Notes under the pieces: generated by a model
Database searches by the model: none
Seen by the model: the letters and a program-made list of their open reading frames with translations, nothing else
What the model was told of the DNA's origin: nothing
Part shown: piece by piece, positions 55,611-64,000 of the stretch
Position numbering within the stretch: the first letter of the stretch is position 1
How the letters are laid out: every line of letters starts with the position of its first letter
Translations under genes and position numbers: made by a program
Source: an uncultured Acinetobacter sp.
GTDB lineage: Bacteria > Pseudomonadota > Gammaproteobacteria > Pseudomonadales > Moraxellaceae
Length of the DNA stretch: 64,000 nt
Assembly: GCF_947624825.1 (NCBI RefSeq)
Contig: NZ_CANQLZ010000004.1
Span: 778-64,777 of the forward strand
Reading direction: 5' to 3'

Positions 55611-55814
55611 AACCAATATTTTAATGAAATGGGTAAAAATAATGCGTTCAAGTATTTCCAAAAACCATGTGGCTCGCAAGTAAAAAGATCATTTTATATT
55701 AAGTAACAATGCTTTTGTTTTAGACAAAGATGCTTTAGAATATCGGCTCCCTTACCTGCAGGTCGTTTTTGCAATGGTGCAGACGTTCCGAACAGGTGTT
55801 CAAAAGAGGTTGTT

Positions 55815-56009
55815 ATGCCTAAGATGAAAACCCGCCGTGGTGCAGCTAAACGCTTCAAAGCGACTGCAAACGGTTTTAAGCGTAAACAAGCGTTCAAACG
55901 CCACATTTTGACCAAAAAATCTGCTAAGCGTATTCGTCAATTACGCGGCTGTGTAATGGTTCACGTAAGTGACGTTGCAGCAGTTCGCGCTATGTGCCCG
56001 TACATCTAA
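55815..56009 (+). CDS. rpmI: 50S ribosomal protein L35
   Basis: [30 protein letters not shown]. Confidence 0.98.
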   Translation: MPKMKTRRGAAKRFKATANGFKRKQAFKRHILTKKSAKRIRQLRGCVMVHVSDVAAVRAMCPYI

Positions 56010-56020
56010 GGAGATTATAA

Positions 56021-56380
56021 ATGGCTCGTGTAAAACGTGGTGTACAGGCTCATCGCCGTCACAAAAAAATTCTTGCTCGCGCTAAAGGTTACTACGGTGC
56101 TCGCTCACGCGTTTACCGCGTAGCGTTCCAAGCGGTAATCAAAGCTGGTCAATATGCTTACCGTGACCGCCGTCAAAAGAAACGTCAATTCCGTGCTTTA
56201 TGGATTGCGCGTATCAATGCTGGTGCTCGTCAAAATGGTTTATCGTACAGCCGTATGATCTCTGGCTTGAAAAAAGCTCAAGTGATCATCGACCGTCGTG
56301 TACTTGCTGACATCGCTATGCATGACGCTGTTGCGTTTGCTGCTATCGCTCAAAAAGCGAAAGATGCATTGGCTGCATAA
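56021..56380 (+). CDS. rplT: 50S ribosomal protein L20
   Basis: [37 protein letters not shown]. Confidence 0.99.
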   Translation: MARVKRGVQAHRRHKKILARAKGYYGARSRVYRVAFQAVIKAGQYAYRDRRQKKRQFRALWIARINAGARQNGLSYSRMISGLKKAQVIIDRRVLADIAMHDAVAFAAIAQKAKDALAA

Positions 56381-56394
56381 GTCTTTATGACTTG

Positions 56395-56424
56395 AAAAAA
56401 AGACCGCTTTTGCGGTCTTTTTTT
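56395..56424. terminator. Bidirectional terminator after rplT
   Basis: AAAAAAAGACCGC-tttt-GCGGTCTTTTTTT. Confidence 0.9.
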
Positions 56425-56427
56425 TGT

Positions 56428-57423
56428 TTAAAATCCAAAATAATATGCAGCTGCACAAATCAGGGCAGTCATTAAAATCAGTTTAATCACATGTGTTGCA
56501 CCGACTTTCTTGCTTGATGCTGTTGGAAAATCGAGTTTTTCATCTATAGCGCTATCTAATGGTGTTTGCGCACTTTGATGATTTAAGCGAGCAGTCGCAT
56601 GGTGATTGGCGACTTTCACAATAAATTTAGCGTGTAAATCCTCAATTTTTTCGGCAAAGTGTTTATATTGCAGATGTTGTTCTGCAGACCAATCTTGAGC
56701 GCCTTGCTGCTGTGCCAATTTTCTGAGTTTTGCGATATGTTGCGTCAGCGCATCTAACTGATGTAAGCGCTCATGCGCATAATCTGCCTGCACCTCGCTT
56801 GGAAGTAAAGCCAGATAATCACTTTGATCTTGCGGATCTGGAATGCCGTAGTAAGCCATGCTTATATGCGGCACCGTAAAATCTTGAGCCAATAGGTGGT
56901 TAAACAATTCTGTTTGTAAAAATTGCTCGATTTCGTCCCAATTGGGGCGTTGTAAATCAGCAGCGATGTGTTTAGCCAGTTTGCTGTTAAGTTCATAACG
57001 CCATAAAGTTTCTACGCGGTTTACTATCTCTTGTCCAATTGGCGCTTCGTAGTCTTGCTCGGATTGATACCAGGCAGCAAGTTCACGACCACATAGCCAA
57101 GCATGTTTGGCTTTTGGGCTATGGCTGACAATAAAATGTGCATAAGGAATCAGCTCAATATTGGGGTTGGGATTTTTTTCATTGCGCAATAAACTGGAGC
57201 AATGCAAGCTTAAGCGTGTCACACCTTGGGCTTTTAATCCCTCAAGCCAAATTTGAAAATGCTGTGCCAACAATTGCTGTGAGTTTAAATCCCGAAAGAA
57301 AAAGGCATGTTGCGCAAAAATCGCGTGATTAAGCCAACGACTTAAATTTAAGTCTTGAGCAAGATATTGATTGCCATAGCTCACTAAGGTCAATTGCTGT
57401 TGCCAAATAGGGTCTAGCGCCAT
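56428..57423 (-). CDS. Hypothetical protein with C-terminal TM anchor
   Basis: 331-aa ORF filling the rplT-pheS gap; hydrophobic C-terminus LILMTALICAAAYYFGF; no recognised domain. Confidence 0.75.
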   Translation of the reverse strand: MALDPIWQQQLTLVSYGNQYLAQDLNLSRWLNHAIFAQHAFFFRDLNSQQLLAQHFQIWLEGLKAQGVTRLSLHCSSLLRNEKNPNPNIELIPYAHFIVSHSPKAKHAWLCGRELAAWYQSEQDYEAPIGQEIVNRVETLWRYELNSKLAKHIAADLQRPNWDEIEQFLQTELFNHLLAQDFTVPHISMAYYGIPDPQDQSDYLALLPSEVQADYAHERLHQLDALTQHIAKLRKLAQQQGAQDWSAEQHLQYKHFAEKIEDLHAKFIVKVANHHATARLNHQSAQTPLDSAIDEKLDFPTASSKKVGATHVIKLILMTALICAAAYYFGF

Positions 57424-57535
57424 GCCATCACTCTGTTGAAATTTGTATTTATCTTAGCCTTTGTCAAAAGCACCTAGCAATTAAATTTTCGTTAAAGACA
57501 CGCTTCATAAAAATAGCGAAAAACTGTTAGAATGA

Positions 57536-58558
<1,023 letters not shown>

Positions 58559-58570
58559 AACTTTTTATTT

Positions 58571-58635
58571 AATCCTCTCTTAACCTCTTAGCTTATACAG
58601 GAGGGCTACTCCTTGATTGGAGTTTGAGGGGGATT
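58571..58635. repeat. Palindromic intergenic element between pheS and pheT
   Basis: Ends AATCCTCTC.../...GAGGGGGATT pair; internal ACTCC-ttgatt-GGAGT hairpin and a CCTC...GGAGGG arm. Confidence 0.45.
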
Positions 58636-58665
58636 CTAAAGATTCAAATTACAGGTTTTATTTTA

Positions 58666-61047
58666 ATGAAAATTAGCGAAAATTGGTTACGTACGTGGGT
58701 CAACCCAGCCATTGATAGCGATAAATTGTCTGATCAACTGACCATGTTGGGTTTAGAAGTTGATGATTTATCTGCTGCTGCCAAAGCCTTTACTGGTGTA
58801 GTGGTGGGTGAAGTCTTAACGGTTGAACAACATCCAGATGCAGATCGTTTACGTGTAACGACTGTGAACATTGGTGCTGCTGAGCCACTACAAATTGTAT
58901 GTGGTGCACCCAACGTACGCGTAGGCATGAAAGCGCCAGTTGCGACCATTGGTGCTGTTTTACCGGGCGACTTTAAAATCAAAAAAGGCAAGCTACGTGG
59001 TATTGAATCACAAGGCATGCTGTGTGGCGCATCTGAAATTGATTTAGAAGATAAAATTGATGGTCTGTTAGAGCTGCCTGAAGATGCACCTGTAGGTGTT
59101 AATATCCGTGAATACTTGCAGCTTGATGACAACGTGATTGACATCAGTATCACCCCAAACCGTGGTGACTGCTTTAGCATTCGCGGTATCGCACGCGAGA
59201 TTGGCGTGATTAACCAATTGGCAGTAACAGCACCTGACATCAAAGAAGTTGCAGCAACCATCAGCGACGAAAAGCAAGTTGTAGTGTCAACAGAAGGTTG
59301 CCCACGTTATTTAGGTCGTGTGATCAAAAACGTCAATACCAAAGCACCAACACCAGTCTGGATGGAGCGTGCTTTAGCACGTTCAGGTATTCGTCAGCAC
59401 AGTATTTTGGTAGATATTACCAACTACGTGTTAATGGAACTTGGTCAGCCATTACATGCTTTTGATGCGGGTCAAGTGCAAGGTGCTGTGCATGTACGTC
59501 AAGCCACAACCGGTGAAAAGCTTGTTTTACTTAACGAGCAAGAAGTTGAGTTGCAAGACAATGTGATGGTGATTGCTGATGATGAAAAAGTTTTAGCAAT
59601 TGCGGGGATCATGGGTGGCTTGTCATCATCTGTGATTGATGCAACCACTGAAATTTTCTTAGAATCCGCATTCTTTGCACCACTTGCGATTGCCGGTCGT
59701 GCGCGCAGCTTTGGTTTACATACCGATGCATCACAGCGCTATGAACGCGGTGTAGATTTTGAATTGCCAATGCTGGCGATGCACCGTGCTTCACAGTTAA
59801 TTTCTGAGTTGGCAGGCGGTGAGTTTGGTCCAATCACTGTAGCAGAAAACCTAAACGTGTTACCTACACGCGATGCAATTGAACTCAATCAAGCTCAAGT
59901 GGATCAATTGTTAGGTTATGAAGTGGCTTCTGACTTTATTACTGATGCACTCACACGCCTTGGTTGTGATGTAGACGTGATCGCACAAGGTCAATGGTCA
60001 GTTGTACCGCCATCACATCGTTATGACATGGCGATTTACCAAGATTTGATTGAAGAAGTGGCGCGTATTCACGGTTACGACAACATTCAAATCAGCTTAC
60101 CTGTGATTGATGCTCAATTGGCCAAATATCAAGATCAATTTGAATTGTCTCAGTTACGTCAAACTGCGGTAACGCTTGGCTACCAAGAAGCCATTAGTTT
60201 TAGCTTTGCTGATTTAAAACTTGAGAAGCAACTCAATCCTGCGGTCAATCCATTGGCATTGGCAAACCCAATTTCAAGCGATTTAGCGGTGATGCGCTCG
60301 ACGTTGTTATCAAGCTTAATTCCTTGTGTGCAGCATAACATTAACCGCCAACAAAGCCGTGTACGTTTCTTTGAATTAGGTTTACGTTTTGATTATCAAG
60401 ATGCAAACAGTATTCATGATTTAAAACAAATCCCAACCTTAGCTTTAATTGCAGTGGGTGCCAAAACTCAAGAATCTTGGCATGGTAAACCACAGCCAAT
60501 GGATTTCTTTGACTTTAAAGGCGACATTGAAGAGCTATTGGCAGCAGCGCGTGTCAAAGCAGATTATGTTCGTTCAGAGCGTAGCTGGTTACATCCGGGT
60601 CAATCTGCCGAGATTATGGTCAATGGTCAGTCAATCGGTTACTTAGGTCGTTTGCATCCGTCTTTAGAATCTGAGCTTGATTTAGGCATGACTTGGGTCG
60701 CTGAACTTGATCAAGCGGCTGTTTTGCAAACTTATGTATCTAATTTTACAGAATTATCACGTTTTCCATCTGTTCGACGTGATATTGCGCTTTTAATTAG
60801 TGATAAGATTAATGTTAGCGAAATTCAGCAACTTATCGAAAAAACTGGCGGCGAGTTACTAGACTCAACTTGGTTATTCGATGTGTATACTGGACAAGGT
60901 GTGGAAGACGGCAAACGCTCATTGGCATTTGCTATTTTATGGCAGCATCCAAGTCGTACACTCGAAGATGCTGAAATTAAATCAGGTATGGATAATATCC
61001 TACAAGTGTTGCAAGACACTTACCAAGCGACATTGAGGGCTTCATGA
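58666..61047 (+). CDS. pheT: Phenylalanine--tRNA ligase beta subunit
   Basis: [48 protein letters not shown]; ATG at 58666. Confidence 0.98.
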   Translation: MKISENWLRTWVNPAIDSDKLSDQLTMLGLEVDDLSAAAKAFTGVVVGEVLTVEQHPDADRLRVTTVNIGAAEPLQIVCGAPNVRVGMKAPVATIGAVLPGDFKIKKGKLRGIESQGMLCGASEIDLEDKIDGLLELPEDAPVGVNIREYLQLDDNVIDISITPNRGDCFSIRGIAREIGVINQLAVTAPDIKEVAATISDEKQVVVSTEGCPRYLGRVIKNVNTKAPTPVWMERALARSGIRQHSILVDITNYVLMELGQPLHAFDAGQVQGAVHVRQATTGEKLVLLNEQEVELQDNVMVIADDEKVLAIAGIMGGLSSSVIDATTEIFLESAFFAPLAIAGRARSFGLHTDASQRYERGVDFELPMLAMHRASQLISELAGGEFGPITVAENLNVLPTRDAIELNQAQVDQLLGYEVASDFITDALTRLGCDVDVIAQGQWSVVPPSHRYDMAIYQDLIEEVARIHGYDNIQISLPVIDAQLAKYQDQFELSQLRQTAVTLGYQEAISFSFADLKLEKQLNPAVNPLALANPISSDLAVMRSTLLSSLIPCVQHNINRQQSRVRFFELGLRFDYQDANSIHDLKQIPTLALIAVGAKTQESWHGKPQPMDFFDFKGDIEELLAAARVKADYVRSERSWLHPGQSAEIMVNGQSIGYLGRLHPSLESELDLGMTWVAELDQAAVLQTYVSNFTELSRFPSVRRDIALLISDKINVSEIQQLIEKTGGELLDSTWLFDVYTGQGVEDGKRSLAFAILWQHPSRTLEDAEIKSGMDNILQVLQDTYQATLRAS

Positions 61048-61340
61048 CAGCATTAACAAAAGCAGAAATGGCTGATCATTTAAGTGAGCTCACGAGTTTA
61101 AATCGTCGTGAAGCGAAACAAATGGTTGAGTTATTTTTCGATGAGATCAGCCAAGCGCTGATCTCTGGGGAACAAGTTAAACTTTCGGGTTTTGGCAACT
61201 TCGAGCTACGTGATAAACGTCAGCGTCCAGGTCGAAATCCGAAAACGGGTGAAGAAATTCCGATTTCTGCACGCCGCGTGGTGACTTTCCGTGCCGGACA
61301 AAAGTTCCGTCAACGCGTAGGTACAGAGCAGATCGATTGA
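61044..61340 (+). CDS. ihfA: Integration host factor alpha
   Basis: [45 protein letters not shown]. Confidence 0.98.
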   Translation: MTALTKAEMADHLSELTSLNRREAKQMVELFFDEISQALISGEQVKLSGFGNFELRDKRQRPGRNPKTGEEIPISARRVVTFRAGQKFRQRVGTEQID

Positions 61341-61353
61341 TCTGCTCTTTTTT
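61325..61353 (+). terminator. Terminator overlapping the ihfA stop codon
   Basis: AGAGCAGATC-gatt-GATCTGCTCT-TTTTT. Confidence 0.7.
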
Positions 61354-61370
61354 ATTAAATTTTAGACAAT

Positions 61371-61401
61371 AAAAAAGAGAGCCAAAGGGCTCTCTTTTTT
61401 T
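61371..61401. terminator. Second, bidirectional terminator (serves the lipoprotein gene)
   Basis: AAAAAAGAGAGCC-aaag-GGCTCTCTTTTTT. Confidence 0.85.
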
Positions 61402-61421
61402 CAAATAATCTAAAGTTTAGA

Positions 61422-61694
61422 TTATTGAGCAGCAGCTTCAGAAGCAGCAGCAGTCGCTTCAACAGCAGCGTCAACAGCTACAGCAGCAGCTTCAGATGCA
61501 GCAACAGCAGCTTCAGATGCAGGAGCAGCAACAGATGCAGCTTCAGCAGCAGCAGTCGCTTCAGATGCAGCTACAACAGCTTCAGATGCAGCAGCGTTAG
61601 CGTCAGCAGCAGCTTCTTCAGTTTTTTTAGCACAACCAACGAAAGCTAAAGTAGTAGCAACTGCAGCAGCAATAGCGATTTTTTTGAATAACAT
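61422..61694 (-). CDS. Small Ala-rich repeat lipoprotein
   Basis: Lipobox FVGC; mature part is low-complexity with five ASEA repeats. Confidence 0.85.
   Translation of the reverse strand: MLFKKIAIAAAVATTLAFVGCAKKTEEAAADANAAASEAVVAASEATAAAEAASVAAPASEAAVAASEAAAVAVDAAVEATAAASEAAAQ
61435..61591. repeat. Intragenic GCTTCAGATGCAG repeats
   Basis: Exact 13-mer at 61489, 61510, 61558, 61579 and a 1-mismatch copy at 61435; two pairs are 21 nt apart. Confidence 0.8.
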
Positions 61695-62062
61695 GGCATC
61701 ACTCTCTAAATATGAGATAAAAAAAGACCTGGGTTAGCCTGTTGTGTGCTGTTATTTCGCCTAATTTTTTATTAGGTTTAACAAGGCAGGAGCAGTCTAA
61801 CGGGTATGCGAATATGCTATCACTGCGCTTTTTGAAATACCACTAGGCAATGTGAAAAAAAGCCACAAAAACGTAAAGAATCGCTGATTTTTTAACAGAA
61901 AATAACAATCAAGGCGAAGGTTTATATTGGAGAAATAACAAATAACTAGTTAAAAAACTTCGGTTTTTTTAGCTTGTCTTTGAATTGATTAAAATTTTGA
62001 AAATAAGTTTACAAAAACCAACATGAATTGTGTCGTTGTGTAACTTTTGTCAACCCAAACAA

Positions 62063-62085
62063 AAGGCTGTCATTGTAGACAGCCT
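62063..62085 (-). terminator. Intrinsic terminator after rho
   Basis: Minus strand AGGCTGTC-tacaat-GACAGCCT-TTTGTTT. Confidence 0.7.
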
Positions 62086-62115
62086 CTGCTTTAAATCAGA
62101 ATTTTTTGTGCAAAA

Positions 62116-63384
62116 TTAGTTGCTGGCTTTACGCTTCATTTGATCGAAGAAATCATCATTAGTCTTGGTTTCTTTCATACGATCAAGCAAGAATTCCATG
62201 GCCACAAGTTCATCTTGAGTATGTAGTAATTTACGTAAAATCCAAACTTTACGCAGATTATCTTCAGACATTAAACGCTCCTCACGACGTGTACCTGACT
62301 TTTTAATGTTCATGGCAGGGAAGACACGCTTTTCGGCAATACGGCGATCAAGGGTAATTTCTTGGTTACCTGTACCTTTAAATTCTTCGTAAATCACTTC
62401 ATCCATCTTGCTGCCTGTTTCAATCAGGGCAGTCGAGATAATGGTCAGTGAGCCACCTTCTTCAATATTACGTGCTGCACCAAAGAAACGTTTTGGACGC
62501 TCTAAAGCGTGTGCGTCCACACCACCGGTTAGGACTTTACCTGATGATGGAATCACGGTGTTGTAGGCACGTGCAAGACGAGTAATCGAGTCGAGTAAGA
62601 TCACTACGTCTTTTTTGTGTTCAACCAAACGCTTGGCTTTTTCAATCACCATTTCAGCCACTTGAACGTGACGAGCAGGGGATTCATCAAAAGTAGAAGC
62701 CACGACTTCACCACGAACAGTACGTTCCATTTCAGTCACTTCTTCAGGTCGCTCATCAATAAGCAACACAATTAGAATAACTTCAGGGTTATTACGAACA
62801 ATCGATTGCGCGATGTTTTGTAACAACATGGTTTTACCGGCTTTTGGTGGGGCAACAATAATAGAACGCTGACCTTTACCAATTGGGGCCACTAAATCTA
62901 CTACACGCGCGGTTAAATCTTCAGTGGTGCCGTTACCAAGTTCCATGATCAACTGTTCAGTTGGGAACAATGGCGTTAAGTTTTCAAATAAAATCTTGTT
63001 ACGCGAGTTTTCAGGCGTGTCGTAGTTAATTTGGTTGACTTTGAGTAAAGCGAAATAACGTTCACCTTCTTTGGGCGGACGAATGGTACCGGTGATGGTG
63101 TCGCCTGTGCGTAAGTTAAAACGACGAATTTGTGACGGGCTGACGTAGATGTCATCTGGGCCGGCAAGATAAGAGCCTGCTGCTGAACGTAAAAAGCCGA
63201 AACCATCTGACAGAATTTCGAGAACGCCGTCACCAAAGATTTCTTCCCCATTCATAGCGTGGCGCTTTAAAATCGCAAAGATAATGTCTTGCTTGCGATT
63301 ACGTGCCATTCCTTCAAGGCCCATAAATTCGGCAATCTTGATCAGTTCGCCAATCGGTTTTTTCTTGAGTTCTGTTAAATTCAT
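62116..63384 (-). CDS. rho: Transcription termination factor Rho
   Basis: [50 protein letters not shown]. Confidence 0.99.
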   Translation of the reverse strand: MNLTELKKKPIGELIKIAEFMGLEGMARNRKQDIIFAILKRHAMNGEEIFGDGVLEILSDGFGFLRSAAGSYLAGPDDIYVSPSQIRRFNLRTGDTITGTIRPPKEGERYFALLKVNQINYDTPENSRNKILFENLTPLFPTEQLIMELGNGTTEDLTARVVDLVAPIGKGQRSIIVAPPKAGKTMLLQNIAQSIVRNNPEVILIVLLIDERPEEVTEMERTVRGEVVASTFDESPARHVQVAEMVIEKAKRLVEHKKDVVILLDSITRLARAYNTVIPSSGKVLTGGVDAHALERPKRFFGAARNIEEGGSLTIISTALIETGSKMDEVIYEEFKGTGNQEITLDRRIAEKRVFPAMNIKKSGTRREERLMSEDNLRKVWILRKLLHTQDELVAMEFLLDRMKETKTNDDFFDQMKRKASN

Positions 63385-63434
63385 AGGTGGTCAGATAGAA
63401 TGTAAGATTCTGGGATAAAGTGTAAGAAAGGAAG
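63385..63434 (-). promoter_or_regulatory. C-rich/G-poor rut-like rho leader
   Basis: 17 C versus 2 G in the 50 transcript nt before the ATG; no SD. Confidence 0.6.
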
Positions 63435-63613
63435 CAACATACGGGCGCAAACGGACAAGAGATGCACGTCATTGTTTTGTAAAGCAACAATTCAAAATTT
63501 GGAACGATCATTTCAGAATTGTGTAAAAACAATTGCTGTTGCCGAGTGGCATGTTATGTGTTGTGTCTTGTAAGAAAATGACAGGATTGACATCCTTGAT
63601 TTCTTGAATAGCT

Positions 63614-63642
63614 AATATAGAAGACAAACGGGTTTTTGTCAA
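63614..63642 (-). promoter_or_regulatory. sigma70 promoter of rho
   Basis: Minus strand TTGACA-17nt-TATATT. Confidence 0.8.
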
Positions 63643-63652
63643 TTTTAGTGCA

Positions 63653-63681
63653 AAAAAATACGCTGAGTGGTCTCAGCGTAT
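63653..63681 (-). terminator. Intrinsic terminator after trxA
   Basis: Minus strand TACGCTGAG-acca-CTCAGCGTA-TTTTTT. Confidence 0.85.
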
Positions 63682-63702
63682 GATCGGGCTGATGACATCC
63701 AA

Positions 63703-64000
63703 TTAGATGTTGTCTTCAATAAACGCCGCTAATTTAGATTTTGGTGCAGCGCCCACTTGAGTGGCAACCACTTCACCATTTTTAAACATCAATAATGCAG
63801 GGATGTTACGAATATTGTAGTCCGCAGCAACGGATTGTAATTGAGTCACATCAACTTTTACGATGTTGACTTTACCTTCGTATTCGCTTGCAAGGACTTC
63901 AAGTACCGGTGCAATCGCTTTACATGGCGCACACCAGCCTGCCCAGAAGTCTACAAGAACAGGAAGTTCAGATTCTAAAACATCAGCTGCGAAAGTCGCT
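63703..64000 (-). CDS. trxA: Thioredoxin (5'-truncated by the window edge)
   Basis: Not in the ORF track; reverse strand reads ATFAADVLESELPVLVDFWAGWCAPCKAIAPVL...IPALLMFKNG...FIEDNI*; trxA-rho order is conserved. Confidence 0.95.
   Translation of the reverse strand, partial: ATFAADVLESELPVLVDFWAGWCAPCKAIAPVLEVLASEYEGKVNIVKVDVTQLQSVAADYNIRNIPALLMFKNGEVVATQVGAAPKSKLAAFIEDNI

Noticed and set aside
55611-55720. Fur box upstream of the TonB-like genes
   Set aside because: Only a partial AATAATG; no 19-bp palindrome.
58734-59261. Long antisense or alternate-frame ORFs (e.g. 58734-59261, 1914-2357, 17167-17535, 22201-22566, 27558-27878)
   Set aside because: They lie within well-supported conserved genes and are shadows of codon bias, with no motifs or SDs.

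Overview
Core-chromosome segment (about 41-42% GC) of an Acinetobacter-like Moraxellaceae bacterium. It is mostly conserved housekeeping blocks: yajQ/mnmC/yciI-yciB, radC-coaBC, secB-grxC-rhodanese, rsgA/orn/fabI, macAB-tolC, holA-lptE-leuS, ilvIH-ilvC, ndk-rlmN-pilW-rodZ-ispG-hisS-yfgM-bamB-der, mazG-comEA-pcnB-folK-panBC-rapZ-HPr-yjgA, thrS-infC, rpmI-rplT, pheST-ihfA, rho and a partial trxA. I found no rRNA, tRNA, CRISPR array, transposase or integrase. The clearest foreign element is a lone low-GC gene (28291-30084) directly after the ilvC terminator. It encodes a DUF262 (ParB/Srx-fold) plus HNH (DUF1524-like) protein of the GmrSD/SspE type, with no partner genes nearby, and is a candidate stand-alone anti-phage nuclease. 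Other leads are a Pho-box-driven glycosyltransferase + PAP2 operon, a pair of secreted double-TonB-C-domain paralogs, and several cis-regulatory RNA structures read by eye (tRNA-Thr mimic before thrS, ROSE-like thermometer before ibpA, structured rpmI leader). All function calls come from motif recognition without database searches.
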